Part shown: in pieces, positions 1-9,436 of the stretch
Layout: every line of letters begins with the position of its first letter
Numbering within the stretch: position 1 is the first letter of the stretch
IMG/VR virus record: IMGVR_UViG_2623620506_000008
Location: 1-27,625 of that record
Source: a virus
Taxonomy: Duplodnaviria; Heunggongvirae; Uroviricota; Caudoviricetes
Length of the DNA: 27,625 nt
Strand: one strand, 5' to 3'
Program-made: the position numbers and the translations under genes
The notes under the pieces: model-generated
Seen by the model: the letters and a program-made list of their open reading frames with translations, nothing else
Database searches by the model: none
Told to the model about the DNA's origin: nothing

Positions 1-945
1 TTAAGCTGCAGGCACGTCCATGTAGGCAATGGTGTTGCCGTACGGGGTTTCCACCTGACCCAGGCGGCCGTAGTAGGTTGTCAGCTGATACAGGCCGCGG
101 TATTCCAGCGGGGTATTCAGCAGCGGCACCAGCGGGAAGCGAATGAACTTCTCATCCTGGGTGTACGCTACAACGCGATGCGCGCCGGATGCGCCGCGTT
201 TGGACGCCCATTTCATGGACACGATTTCCAGCGGCTCGCCATTCTCCTGGAACGCAATACAGTTAATCTTCACGTACTCCAGCACGGAGACGTTGCCCGC
301 ATCAGAAACCTTCTTGCTTGCCAGCAGGCCGAATAACTCCGGCGCCAGGCCGACTTTTTTCGGGCAAATTGCGTAACCTGAAGTCACCCATGCCTGGGAA
401 AGAAGCAGGTTAAAGTCCTGCACGATTTCGTCAGGGCTGGCGGTGGCCCACGCTTTGGCTGCGCTGATCGGCGTTACCTGGGAAAGGTTCAACAGGCCGG
501 TGATGCCCATGTCGCTGTCGCCGATATAAACCTGCTCGTCGATGTCCATGTTCCATTTCAGCTGCATGGCATCATATTTTTGGCTGTCGATTGGGCGCCC
601 AACCTGCTGCGCTGAAGCAAGTTCCGGCAGGGTCCAGCCCAGCTCCATACCCCACAGACTAAGCGGCTGCGCGGTCTTCTCGATGTAGAGATTGGTTTGC
701 GGGAGCGCAGTGGAGTTTTTGCCGATCCAGTTTTTACCGTTCGGGTTTACACCACCAGCGGCTGCCAGATCGGTGTTGGTGAAAGATGACTGCTCGTCGG
801 CGATAGAAACGTCGCTACGCAGAGGCATATCGCGCGACCACTTATAGCTGACCAGCGGCAGGTTAAGCGTCTGGTCCAGGCGCTCAAGTTCACCAACCAG
901 AAATACGCCAGCAGCGTCTACGGTGGCCTTATCAATGGTAATCAT
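1..945 (-). CDS. Major capsid protein (possibly DUF2184-type)
   Basis: 314-aa ORF, ATG at 945 with AGGA RBS, last gene of a terminase-portal-scaffold-capsid series; family assigned from memory only. Confidence 0.6.
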   Translation of the reverse strand: MITIDKATVDAAGVFLVGELERLDQTLNLPLVSYKWSRDMPLRSDVSIADEQSSFTNTDLAAAGGVNPNGKNWIGKNSTALPQTNLYIEKTAQPLSLWGMELGWTLPELASAQQVGRPIDSQKYDAMQLKWNMDIDEQVYIGDSDMGITGLLNLSQVTPISAAKAWATASPDEIVQDFNLLLSQAWVTSGYAICPKKVGLAPELFGLLASKKVSDAGNVSVLEYVKINCIAFQENGEPLEIVSMKWASKRGASGAHRVVAYTQDEKFIRFPLVPLLNTPLEYRGLYQLTTYYGRLGQVETPYGNTIAYMDVPAA

Positions 946-956
946 TCATCGTTCCT

Positions 957-1475
957 TTAGATGTTGTAGGCGATTTCAACGTTGCCGTGGGTGGTGGTTG
1001 CCGCCGCATCGCCGGGGCCCATTACTTTCGCAATGGTCAGTTCCGGGGTGTTGGATGCAGTCGAGTCCGGCGTAAGAACTACAGAGCCCAGTGGACTGGA
1101 AGCCGTTGGGGCTGCGACGCGGATATAAACCTTGTCGCCCTTCTTGGCGGTACCGGCCTGAGCCGTAGGAACTGCCACGCAGATATAACCACGCTTCAGC
1201 TGGTCGCCGGTGTAGCCAGCCGTAATACCGAGAGATCGCGCGTCAGTCGGGTTGGTGGTTGGATACGGACGAACAAACAAGCCAGCGACATCATCGATGT
1301 CATCACCGGCTTCCAGCGGTACAAATTTACCGTTGAGGTTTTTGCCAGCCAGACCATACGAAGGGAATGGTTTAGCGGCATCGAGGATTGCAGGCTCTGC
1401 GGTGAGATCCTGCGGACGAGTAATAGCGCCAGGGAAACCAATCCCCATGCGAGTCAAATAAGCTTTACCAGCCAT
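957..1475 (-). CDS. Head structural / decoration-like protein
   Basis: 172-aa ORF between scaffold-like and capsid genes, Gly/Ala/Thr-rich; assigned by position. Confidence 0.4.
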   Translation of the reverse strand: MAGKAYLTRMGIGFPGAITRPQDLTAEPAILDAAKPFPSYGLAGKNLNGKFVPLEAGDDIDDVAGLFVRPYPTTNPTDARSLGITAGYTGDQLKRGYICVAVPTAQAGTAKKGDKVYIRVAAPTASSPLGSVVLTPDSTASNTPELTIAKVMGPGDAAATTTHGNVEIAYNI

Positions 1476-1486
1476 TGTTGGTTACC

Positions 1487-2743
1487 TTATTGGTTGCGTT
1501 TCCAGAATTCGGCGTTGTATTTGTTAATCTCTGCCGGGGTCATTGGGCCGCGGGCGCGGTCACCAGTTGGTTTGCCAGATGGCGGGGTGATGTGGTTCTT
1601 GGCCTTGCAGATCTCGACGGCAGCCTTAAACACCGCATCAACTGTGGCTTTCGGCGCTTTATCGAAATCGCTAATGCCAAACGCTTTGAGGCTGTCACCA
1701 GTACGCGCAGCATGTGCCAGCACCTGACGCTTCAGGCCTTTGTCGCTGGTAGGCTGGAAGCCCGGGCAGATGATTTCGGCGTCACCGATGATGTTGCGCT
1801 TATACGCCGCATCGCCGGTCACCTTCGCATCTTCTTCTGCGTCTTCGTCACCCGTCTTGGTGTCGTCATCCGGATCAGCGTCACCAGTTTTGCCTTCCAG
1901 CTTATCGAGGCGAGCAATCATTGCCTGCGCCCAAGCGGGCACCTCTTCGTCGCCGGTTTTCTTGTCATCTTCCGGATCTTCATCGGTCGTGGTCTTCTGG
2001 TCTGCCGGCAGCGCGGTAGCCTGTGAAGGCACGTTCATGTTGATGGTTAACCCGGGGATAGAACCCATGCCATCAGACGGCATGTCCGGCGCTTCGTCTG
2101 CAAGCTTAGCCAGCGCATCTTCATCCTTCGTGCGAATGGCGTTGGCCAGCTTCTGAAACCAGTTCTGCTGTTTCATGTTGCTTCCTTTGGTTGATGGGGC
2201 TGAATCCCCGATTGCACAGCGGGAACCCGCCCGACCCTTATCAACGATGGCCAGATGGTTTCCTGTGATTTCTGTTTGCTTGCCCTTACCCGGGCCGATT
2301 TGCACGTACTGGGCGTCGTAGCCGCAGCTGACCTGGTTCTTTCCGGCGTTGACCGCGTCGATACCCTCCTGCCGCTTCACCAGCACATCGGCGATCAGCA
2401 GGTCGGCTTTATCGCCGGTACCGCGCCGGACGTTCTGGATATGACCGTGGGCCAGCTCCGCGAAGTTCGCCGGGTTAACGAAAACGATGTTGCCTTCGCC
2501 GTCTTCCGGGTGGTCCAGCGTTACCGCCATGCCCTCGAAGCTCGCCATCGTCTCCGGGGAGAAAACCTCGTCCTCAGTGCGATAGACGACGACAAAGCCA
2601 TCAGCGCCGGGGATCAGGTCGATTTCTTCGGGGAGATAGGTTTGCGTGCCGGTGCGGGCGATCGGGACGTCTTTGCACAGCAGTGAGCCGTCCGCCAGCT
2701 GGTAGCGCGTTTCGCCCAGGCGGGTAGTGAAGAAGTATTTCAT
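1487..2743 (-). CDS. Capsid scaffolding / prohead protease-like protein (DUF2213-like)
   Basis: 418-aa ORF with a long acidic low-complexity middle (DEDPEDDKKTGDEE...) typical of scaffold proteins; sits upstream of the capsid gene. Confidence 0.5.
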   Translation of the reverse strand: MKYFFTTRLGETRYQLADGSLLCKDVPIARTGTQTYLPEEIDLIPGADGFVVVYRTEDEVFSPETMASFEGMAVTLDHPEDGEGNIVFVNPANFAELAHGHIQNVRRGTGDKADLLIADVLVKRQEGIDAVNAGKNQVSCGYDAQYVQIGPGKGKQTEITGNHLAIVDKGRAGSRCAIGDSAPSTKGSNMKQQNWFQKLANAIRTKDEDALAKLADEAPDMPSDGMGSIPGLTINMNVPSQATALPADQKTTTDEDPEDDKKTGDEEVPAWAQAMIARLDKLEGKTGDADPDDDTKTGDEDAEEDAKVTGDAAYKRNIIGDAEIICPGFQPTSDKGLKRQVLAHAARTGDSLKAFGISDFDKAPKATVDAVFKAAVEICKAKNHITPPSGKPTGDRARGPMTPAEINKYNAEFWKRNQ

Positions 2744-2769
2744 GGGTTACCTGCTGAATTGCGGGCAAT

Positions 2770-2794
2770 AAAAAAGGCCGCTCAGTGGCGGCCT
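2770..2794 (-). terminator. Rho-independent terminator after the 123-aa moron
   Basis: Minus-strand hairpin GGCCGCC-ACTGA-GCGGCC followed by TTTTTTATT, directly 3' of the ORF ending at 2816. Confidence 0.5.
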
Positions 2795-2815
2795 CGTTAT
2801 GAATTAACTCAGTTC

Positions 2816-3187
2816 TTATTCGTTATCGTCTTCATGGTTTTTAGTTGGCGGTAGCTTGAGCTTAACGATCGCCCGTTCAACCTCGTCATCAGAGGGCTTA
2901 ATGGCGTAAGCAATCAGATAAGCATCTGTGTTTCCGTCTTCCGTAGACCATACATAAGTTTCAATAGCATATTGCTCATACGACGGAGCTTTTGGACCCT
3001 TTAAATTAAAATGGGTATGTACCTTTTGCCCCGTCTGAACAATGAGCTTTTGCGGATCGCCCTCTGCAGGAAAATAAACATAGAAGTCCATGACAATCGC
3101 CTCGTTGAGAATATTACGGTCAATGTAACCTATTTCCTCGGAGGCGGCACCTGCACTTCCGGCCAGCATTTGCAGTTCGGCAGGCAC
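2816..3187 (-). CDS. Hypothetical protein (moron inside the head module); start uncertain
   Basis: ORF-track start is GTG and overlaps the upstream gene; ATG at 3169 or ATG at 3091 (GAGG RBS) are alternatives. GC is lower than the flanking head genes and it has its own terminator. Confidence 0.45.
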   Translation of the reverse strand: MPAELQMLAGSAGAASEEIGYIDRNILNEAIVMDFYVYFPAEGDPQKLIVQTGQKVHTHFNLKGPKAPSYEQYAIETYVWSTEDGNTDAYLIAYAIKPSDDEVERAIVKLKLPPTKNHEDDNE

Positions 3188-3888
3188 CCTGCGTGCCCGG
3201 TCATGCCGTCCAGCGTCGGCGGTTTATCCCAGCGCACAAATTTATTCCGCATTTTGTAGTGGGAATCCCGAGTTCCGGCCCCTTCTATACGCCACCAGTA
3301 GCCCTCTGAACCAATCGACTCTGCGCGCGCCTGGGTGAGTGCTGTCGTGGCCCTGCCGATTTCGGTGCGGGCGATCATCTTCGCGCGGCTCTCCGCCACG
3401 TCGCCGGACTCCATAATCATCCGGTAGAGCGCGTCGGGGCGTTCACCGTTGATGACGGCTTCCATTGCACGCGCCTGGATATCACGAACGCGGTCGGCAG
3501 CCTCCAGCGGCAGAGATTTAATCAGCTGCACCTGGCGGGATACGATGTCCTGAGCCACGAACCCCACCGGCGTATTGCCGACGACATCACGTAGCCCCTC
3601 AGAGATTTCCTGCGATACCGAGCGCCACTGGTTCCACTCCTCCTGCTCAACCTGCAGGAACATGCGTTTGGCTACCCGGTCGGCCCAGTCGTCAATCAGC
3701 AGTGAGTAATCCATCAGCCGGGCGCTAACCTGCTCGGCGCTGACCTCCGAACCATCGTAAGAGTCCGTTACGATCGCCCCTACCTGCTGCGCTATCTCCT
3801 GTAGGCTTTTCTGATACTGGCGCTCCGATTTGCGGCGGAGGTTCGGTTTCAGATTCAGCCTCCTCCCATTCTGCTTTGGCATCTTCAA
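3130..3888 (-). CDS. Head morphogenesis protein (Mu F / SPP1 gp7-like)
   Basis: Position right after portal; probable true start is ATG at 3882 with AAGGA RBS (the track start is TTG). Confidence 0.6.
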   Translation of the reverse strand: MKMPKQNGRRLNLKPNLRRKSERQYQKSLQEIAQQVGAIVTDSYDGSEVSAEQVSARLMDYSLLIDDWADRVAKRMFLQVEQEEWNQWRSVSQEISEGLRDVVGNTPVGFVAQDIVSRQVQLIKSLPLEAADRVRDIQARAMEAVINGERPDALYRMIMESGDVAESRAKMIARTEIGRATTALTQARAESIGSEGYWWRIEGAGTRDSHYKMRNKFVRWDKPPTLDGMTGHAGCLPNCKCWPEVQVPPPRK

Positions 3889-5203
3889 TATCCTTGTCGG
3901 TGATAGAGCCGCCGATCCCGATGATGTCGGACAGGTTGCGGAGGTCGTTCAGAGCAGCGTGCTGCGGCATACCGATATCGCGTACGGCAGTCGCCAGGGC
4001 GGTGGCCACGTTACTCGCCATCGTCGCCCGGTCGGTATCCGACATCTCCCAGAGTTTATTGAACTCAAAGGTGAAGTCTTCCGGCAGAGGCTGACCAAAC
4101 AGGGAGCGCCAGGAGATGTCCAGCAGCCAGCGGATGTGCCGGCGCAGACGTCGTTCTTGCAGCGAGTTAACGCGGCTGTAGTAGTTCTCCAGATCCCCGT
4201 CGCCGGTGCTGAAACCGGATGGGGATTGTCCGAACAGACGCACCAGCGGGATCCCAGTTGCACCGGACACCTGCTCAGCAAAGCGCAGGATGACATCGGC
4301 GATGCCAGCGAACGAGTAGCTGTGGGTCTGGAATTCGTCTGACTTATCCATGATGGTCATGCCTTCGATGGTCTGAAACTCACGGATCATGTCCATGTGC
4401 TTCATCAGCCCCTCTTCCAGCGTGCCGCCAGTGGCCAGAATCTTGCGCAGCCCGTCAATGCTGTACGTGCGCAGGTGCGCCTTGTGAATCAGCTGTGTGG
4501 TGCCGACGGTTGCGGTATCGAACGCCTGAATGCGCTCGTAGATACGCTCGACTACCGACATTCCCCAGCCGTTCTCGGTCTGCGCCTGCTGGAATGGCAG
4601 CGAGTCGCCTTCCATGCGGATAATGCGGCTGTGGTGGATCTTCCAGGGCGGGATCCCCTGCTGGTTGGTCACAACCTTGTAGAATTTCGGCTTGCCGAAC
4701 TCCGGGCCGTAATCGGTCACCAGGTCGTAATAGCTCGGGTTGACCTGCCAGCGGTCCAGGCACATCACCCCTTTAAACTGCCCCTCCTTGATGCGGTCAA
4801 GCTTCAGCGGGGTGGACATATCCTGCCCTTCCAGCAGCACCACCAGCAGCGCACCGCCGTAAAGACGAGACCACTTCAGTGTGTCATTCAGACCGTCCCA
4901 GATGGCAATGTCATCCCAGAACATCTCAAACTTACCCTTCTGTCCGGGCTCGAGCTTGGAGCTGATGTTTATGCCCGTGCGGGTCATATCATCAGCCATA
5001 GCGTCCACACCGGCGCCCACCAGAAACGATGAGCGATACGCAAATTCCAGCTGTACGCGGTTACGCGAGATGTAGCCAGGCTGGTAACCCCCACCGCTCT
5101 GGATGTTGGATGTATAGCCGCCGAGCTTGGCCGCGAAGTTGTTGTACCCGTCACGCGTCCGGACGGGCTTCTGTGCGCCGGTCTGGCGTTTCTTTCGGGA
5201 CAT
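3725..5203 (-). CDS. Portal protein
   Basis: 492-aa ORF immediately downstream of the large terminase, ATG at 5203 with GAGGGG RBS; size and position typical of portal. Confidence 0.7.
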   Translation of the reverse strand: MSRKKRQTGAQKPVRTRDGYNNFAAKLGGYTSNIQSGGGYQPGYISRNRVQLEFAYRSSFLVGAGVDAMADDMTRTGINISSKLEPGQKGKFEMFWDDIAIWDGLNDTLKWSRLYGGALLVVLLEGQDMSTPLKLDRIKEGQFKGVMCLDRWQVNPSYYDLVTDYGPEFGKPKFYKVVTNQQGIPPWKIHHSRIIRMEGDSLPFQQAQTENGWGMSVVERIYERIQAFDTATVGTTQLIHKAHLRTYSIDGLRKILATGGTLEEGLMKHMDMIREFQTIEGMTIMDKSDEFQTHSYSFAGIADVILRFAEQVSGATGIPLVRLFGQSPSGFSTGDGDLENYYSRVNSLQERRLRRHIRWLLDISWRSLFGQPLPEDFTFEFNKLWEMSDTDRATMASNVATALATAVRDIGMPQHAALNDLRNLSDIIGIGGSITDKDIEDAKAEWEEAESETEPPPQIGAPVSEKPTGDSAAGRGDRNGLLRWFGGQRRAG

Positions 5204-5215
5204 ATCCCCTCGCTG

Positions 5216-6421
5216 TTATTGTTTGCCCAGTGCGGCCCAGACGCCGAGATCGCCGACGCTTGTGATGTATCCATCCAGGGAATAACGCACGGCATCCCAC
5301 AGGTGGTTGTGCTTATCCACGACTACCGGCAGCACCTCGCCGGTCATGCGGTCGGTTTTATACGAGTACAGGCGCGCCTCATCGACCATGTGCTTACAGC
5401 GCTCATGGATGATGATCTCTTCGAACCCTTTCAGGTAGGTGATGCCGTCCTCAACGCTTCCCGGCCATTTGGTAGCGCCGTCGATGATGAAGCCCTGACG
5501 CGAAAGATAGCTGATGGTCTCCGGTCGGCTGCAGTCGCCATGGATAGGCCAGCGCCTGACCTCAGGCACCGAGTCATAGAACGACGCCATTTCGTCCAGT
5601 TCGACGCCGACGCCGTACGCTTCGTACTCGATGTAAAGCCTGGTGTCGATGATGAAGCAGCGAACCAGCGTGGAGGGATCGTTCGCAAAGCCGAAGTCAG
5701 CGCCAAAGAACAGGCGATCGGCGCTTTGCCACAGGTCGTCAGAGAATGCCTCAACCCGGTACTTGCCGGAGAAGATAACGGCCTCACTGAGCGCCTTCGG
5801 CAGCCCCAGCCAGATATGCTCGTAAGCCTCAAAGTCGATGCGTTTGCAGTATTCCATCTCATGCCTGAGCACGTCAGGAAAGAAGGCGTTATCGCAGTAG
5901 TTGACGCAGGTAATAATCGCTCCGCCATCAGGGGGGTCGGCGCGGTGCCGCTCCATCATGGCGTATGTCGGGTCGGTAGCTTCGCGCGGGTTGAACGACA
6001 CCCACACTTCGGATTTATTGGCGCGAACGGTCGGTCCGAGGATGTCCCAGCTGTCCTGCGATACGGTCTGCGCCTCCTCCACCCAGCATATTTTGATGCC
6101 GTGCATCGATTTTATGCTCTGGATGTTGTTGCGCAGGCCTTTGAAGGTAAACCGCGTGCCGTTGCTGCCCTCTATCTCGTTGTTCTTGACCTTGTAGAAG
6201 TGCGCAAGGCCAAGCGAGTGGATTTCAGCGTCCAGCAGCGCCAGCACCGAATCGTTAATAGAGTTCTGGAACTCACGAGCACACAGGATGATCATCGGCT
6301 CGATAGCGCCCAACAATACCAGCGCGCGGGCAATCTCTACCGACTTGCCGCCGCCACGGCCACCATACGTCCAGCGCCAGCGGACAGAGCCTATCGGTGC
6401 GTCGTACAGCGTCCCGAGCAC
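5216..6421 (-). CDS. terL: Terminase large subunit
   Basis: Walker A-like GGRGGGKS near the N-terminus, acidic nuclease-type C-terminal half, follows the small subunit; start appears to be GTG. Confidence 0.85.
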   Translation of the reverse strand: MLGTLYDAPIGSVRWRWTYGGRGGGKSVEIARALVLLGAIEPMIILCAREFQNSINDSVLALLDAEIHSLGLAHFYKVKNNEIEGSNGTRFTFKGLRNNIQSIKSMHGIKICWVEEAQTVSQDSWDILGPTVRANKSEVWVSFNPREATDPTYAMMERHRADPPDGGAIITCVNYCDNAFFPDVLRHEMEYCKRIDFEAYEHIWLGLPKALSEAVIFSGKYRVEAFSDDLWQSADRLFFGADFGFANDPSTLVRCFIIDTRLYIEYEAYGVGVELDEMASFYDSVPEVRRWPIHGDCSRPETISYLSRQGFIIDGATKWPGSVEDGITYLKGFEEIIIHERCKHMVDEARLYSYKTDRMTGEVLPVVVDKHNHLWDAVRYSLDGYITSVGDLGVWAALGKQ

Positions 6422-6456
6422 CCAGTCGCTACTGAATGAGTACAGGACACCATCGA

Positions 6457-7164
6457 TTATTGTTGGGCTGTCTGCTTTCCCTCGCGCAGCTTATCCATGT
6501 GCGCCGCCCACGCTTCAGGCGGGCAGTTCGACGGCGTGACGATGCAGACCTTTCCGTAGCTCAAACCAGCCAGATCGACATTCACTTCCGTTTTGTTGCT
6601 CATGTCGATGCCGGTCAGCTGCGCGGCGTTCTTGATGTTCGGGGCTACCTGCCCAAACTTTTCAGCGTCCAGCGCGGCTTTAGCCGATTTGTAGGAGAGT
6701 TCAGCCAGGTCCTTCGCATCGAATGATACGAGCAGCGCGGCATCCTGACGCAGCTCTCTGATGCGCCTGCGCACATCCGGGCGTTTGAACAGTATCGAGG
6801 CTTGGGAATCAGCGCGTGAAGGAGAATAGCCCGCGCATATCGCCGCTTCTTTCTGCGGCATGCCCCGCGCGATGTTCTGCGCAAACTGCTCATGCTGAGG
6901 CTTAAGGATGCCTGCGTTTTCCTGCGCAGTATCGCCCTCAGCTGGTGTAGATGCTTCAACCACTACCACATGCGGCATCTGGCTTTGCGCAGTTGTGCGC
7001 ACTTCCTTGTGCGCAGTTTTTTGCGCAGCTGGCTTTTTGATGTACCTGCGCGCAGATGTGTAATTCAGTCCCTGCGCTTCGCACCACTCTTTCGGCGATA
7101 TACCCGTTTTGGCATGCTCGGCGAGGAACCGTTTTTGGAGGTCTCCCCAGTCCGGTTTAGCCAT
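6457..7164 (-). CDS. terS: Terminase small subunit
   Basis: 235-aa ORF with N-terminal HTH-like segment, immediately upstream of terL; ATG at 7164 with GGAG RBS. Confidence 0.65.
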   Translation of the reverse strand: MAKPDWGDLQKRFLAEHAKTGISPKEWCEAQGLNYTSARRYIKKPAAQKTAHKEVRTTAQSQMPHVVVVEASTPAEGDTAQENAGILKPQHEQFAQNIARGMPQKEAAICAGYSPSRADSQASILFKRPDVRRRIRELRQDAALLVSFDAKDLAELSYKSAKAALDAEKFGQVAPNIKNAAQLTGIDMSNKTEVNVDLAGLSYGKVCIVTPSNCPPEAWAAHMDKLREGKQTAQQ

Positions 7165-7250
7165 AGGTTACTCCGTTCTATCCCCTCTAAGGGATGCGAG
7201 TTACTTTATCCCCAAGTTGGGATAGAGCCATTACGATGGGACTGCCCATG

Positions 7251-7272
7251 GTGATGGCAATAAAAAACCGCC
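7251..7272 (-). terminator. Rho-independent terminator after the 62-aa gene
   Basis: Minus-strand CCGCC-TCCG-GGCGG stem followed by TTTTTTATT, just 3' of the ORF ending at 7302. Confidence 0.45.
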
Positions 7273-7301
7273 CGGAGGCGGCTGGATATAATTGGTGAGT
7301 T

Positions 7302-7490
7302 TTATTTCTTCAAGGCTGCCTGGATAGCATCAGCCAGCTTTTCGATCCTGTCTGTAGCTTGATCTAAGTTACTATGCATCACTCCACCAGAACCTGCCGA
7401 AGCTTTTACTATTTCAAGGGCAGCCTGTACTGCAAGTAAACGTTGTCTGTCCTTCGTCGATACTGTGTTACCAAAATAACCGTCTAACAT
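7302..7490 (-). CDS. Small hypothetical protein (moron between lysis cassette and terminase)
   Basis: 62-aa ORF, ATG at 7490 with strong AAGGGAG RBS, own terminator, GC lower than neighbours. Confidence 0.5.
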   Translation of the reverse strand: MLDGYFGNTVSTKDRQRLLAVQAALEIVKASAGSGGVMHSNLDQATDRIEKLADAIQAALKK

Positions 7491-7579
7491 GATGCTCCCT
7501 TATTTGTTACGATAAGTTAAGTTTCAAGAGCATAATGTAGGTAGGCTCATAGATTTCAAGGGCAAATCCCACCAAAATT

Positions 7580-7840
7580 TTATTGATGTGATGCTCGCTC
7601 AGTTTCTACATTCCTGATACCGACCTTATCAATATTGCACTGGCCCAGCGCCGATAGCAGACTGACATTCAGATCCAGACTGGCCCCGTAGGTCAGCGGT
7701 TCGGGAATGGCAGGCTGTGGTGTTTCAGCTGTCAGGTTCGCCGGCAGCGGCACCACCGGCACCTGCACGTAAACTGTCCGCGTATTCCCGCAACCGGTCA
7801 GCAGCTGCAGGAGGCACAGGCCGACGAGCGCAATCATCAT
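7580..7840 (-). CDS. Rz1: o-spanin (Rz1-like outer-membrane lipoprotein)
   Basis: Signal peptide MMIALVGLCLLQLLTGC with LTGC lipobox, proline-rich mature part, starts inside Rz in another frame. The ORF track extends it to 7906; Met at 7840 is preferred. Confidence 0.6.
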   Translation of the reverse strand: MMIALVGLCLLQLLTGCGNTRTVYVQVPVVPLPANLTAETPQPAIPEPLTYGASLDLNVSLLSALGQCNIDKVGIRNVETERASHQ

Positions 7841-8117
7841 CCGCAACAGCCACTTTGATATCTGCCTGGGCTCTCTGGGATTCCAGTGCGATCTTGTTCT
7901 TTGCATCCTGGTTGGCCTCTGAAATTGCGTTGATGATGTTCACGGCCTGAATGACGTTGGCGGTGATCGCCCCAGCGGCGTTAGCGCTCTGCTCAGCAGC
8001 ATCAGCGCGTTTCTTTTCCGCCTGGTACTTATCGTGGTAGTGACCAGCAGACCAGATGATTGCGCCGATAGCAGCCAGCAGGAACGCGGCGATAACAGCC
8101 TTATAGCGCAGGCTCAT
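7725..8117 (-). CDS. Rz: i-spanin (Rz-like)
   Basis: N-terminal transmembrane segment, then a charged coiled-coil-like region; ATG overlaps the endolysin stop (ATGA). Confidence 0.65.
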   Translation of the reverse strand: MSLRYKAVIAAFLLAAIGAIIWSAGHYHDKYQAEKKRADAAEQSANAAGAITANVIQAVNIINAISEANQDAKNKIALESQRAQADIKVAVADDDCARRPVPPAAADRLREYADSLRAGAGGAAAGEPDS

Positions 8118-8590
8118 GATTTGGGCTCCGCAATGAAACCACCAGCTTCTTCGAACTTCTTAAGGAGGTTCTCGATTTTGTGTTCGTGCTGACCATAGCC
8201 GGCGCCGGGGAGTGATGCCCAGATGTTGCTGCAGCGGTCAATGGCCTGCCGGATGTTGCCGTCGTCGATGAGCTGCAGTGCGCGACGCTCTTTAATCTGC
8301 TGTAGAGCCACCGCATCCTGGCTGGCCGGCGAGAAATCTTTCAGGCCCAGCTGTTTGCGGTAAGCATCCCAGTAGCGGGACAGCAGCTGATAGCGGCCGG
8401 CGGCCGTTGACTTCAGTTTCGGGTTAAGCGTGATCAGTTTGCGGGGGTGATCGTCGTAGCTGGTAAACAGCGAGCCGCCTACAATCACGTCATAGCCGCG
8501 GTTGCGGGTTGGCTGCCCGGGCTTATCAGTGCCTTCTGACCACGCCAGCATGTCCAGGAATGCGGTGCGCTGAGGATTAGTGCTTTGCAT
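8114..8590 (-). CDS. R: Endolysin, lambda R-like lytic transglycosylase
   Basis: Strong similarity to recalled lambda R (AFLDMLAWSEGTD, GYDVIVGG, HPRKL, NPKLKSTAAGRYQLL, QAIDRCSNIWASLPGAGYGQ). Confidence 0.9.
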   Translation of the reverse strand: MQSTNPQRTAFLDMLAWSEGTDKPGQPTRNRGYDVIVGGSLFTSYDDHPRKLITLNPKLKSTAAGRYQLLSRYWDAYRKQLGLKDFSPASQDAVALQQIKERRALQLIDDGNIRQAIDRCSNIWASLPGAGYGQHEHKIENLLKKFEEAGGFIAEPKS

Positions 8591-8865
8591 TATTCAGCCC
8601 TTACAACCTTTGCCAGGTTACCTTTGGCGCGCCATACCGCCGCGCATATCGCCAGATTGAGGAACAGCTCGCCCGGGTCTACGTACACGTAATGGCCGAG
8701 CAGGATGCGGAACGCGGTAAAGCCCGCGGCCAGGATCAGGAGGTAAGCCATCCAGGCGTAGCCCGGTCGGTGCTTTCGTCCTGTCTTACTGAAGAACATC
8801 AGGCGCATCACGATCGCCATGCATACGACCGCGTTTGCGTCCAGGATGACGGTTTGCCATGTCAT
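8590..8865 (-). CDS. Small lysis-cassette membrane protein (holin or antiholin candidate)
   Basis: 91-aa ORF with two or three hydrophobic segments, between the putative holin and endolysin. Confidence 0.4.
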   Translation of the reverse strand: MTWQTVILDANAVVCMAIVMRLMFFSKTGRKHRPGYAWMAYLLILAAGFTAFRILLGHYVYVDPGELFLNLAICAAVWRAKGNLAKVVRAE

Positions 8866-9311
8866 TTACCTTCCTCCTCCAGCCCTGGCATCTTGCCGCG
8901 CCGTGATTTGGCGACGATACGAAGCAGGACTGCGACGGAAATGGAAGCAGCAACAAGGGCGCCCACGTTCGGGGATACTTCGATGCTCGCCGGCGGCGTC
9001 AGCAGGCCCAGGGCGGCGTTAATCACCCCGGCCAGAATCTTCGCCATGGGTATGGAGAAGAACACGCCGCCGATAAATGAGATGACCGCGAACAGCATCT
9101 GCTTCCAGAGTTGGTGAGGTTCCGAGGTCAGCACGTACATTGCCGCCCCTGCAAGGGCGCACAACATTACGCCGGGCGTCGCCTCCGGGAACATTGAAGC
9201 GAAGGTGATCCCCACCGTTGCGGAAGTCACTCCACTGGCAATTGTGATTGGCTCAGCCATATGTATTCCGTGTGTAATTGAGGTCAGGCTCTCGGGCTGC
9301 ATTAACAACAA
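8862..9311 (-). CDS. Putative holin
   Basis: Several predicted transmembrane segments, charged C-terminus, first gene of the lysis cassette; real start probably ATG at 9302 or 9260. Confidence 0.5.
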   Translation of the reverse strand: MLLMQPESLTSITHGIHMAEPITIASGVTSATVGITFASMFPEATPGVMLCALAGAAMYVLTSEPHQLWKQMLFAVISFIGGVFFSIPMAKILAGVINAALGLLTPPASIEVSPNVGALVAASISVAVLLRIVAKSRRGKMPGLEEEGK

Positions 9312-9399
9312 GGCTTGTCGAGGGTGATTGCCCGGAGCCTGAAATAGAAAAGCCGCGGCGTAATCGCGATAAAGTGCGCGAAAAGAGGCTGCGGCTCAG

Positions 9400-9436
9400 A
9401 AACGAAAAAGCCCCACGGAGTTAACCGCAGGGCTTA
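9400..9436 (-). terminator. tR'-like terminator in the late leader
   Basis: Minus-strand stem AAGCCCTGCGG / CCGTGGGGCTT (two G-U pairs) followed by TTTTCGTTT, between Q and the lysis genes. Confidence 0.45.

Noticed and set aside
987-2026. Plus-strand ORFs of 246 and 183 aa
   Set aside because: Antisense to capsid, decoration and scaffold genes; Arg/Cys-rich composition typical of spurious GC-rich frames
5219-6439. Plus-strand 406-aa ORF
   Set aside because: Lies entirely antisense to the terminase large subunit gene, which has strong motifs; long antisense ORFs are common in GC-rich DNA
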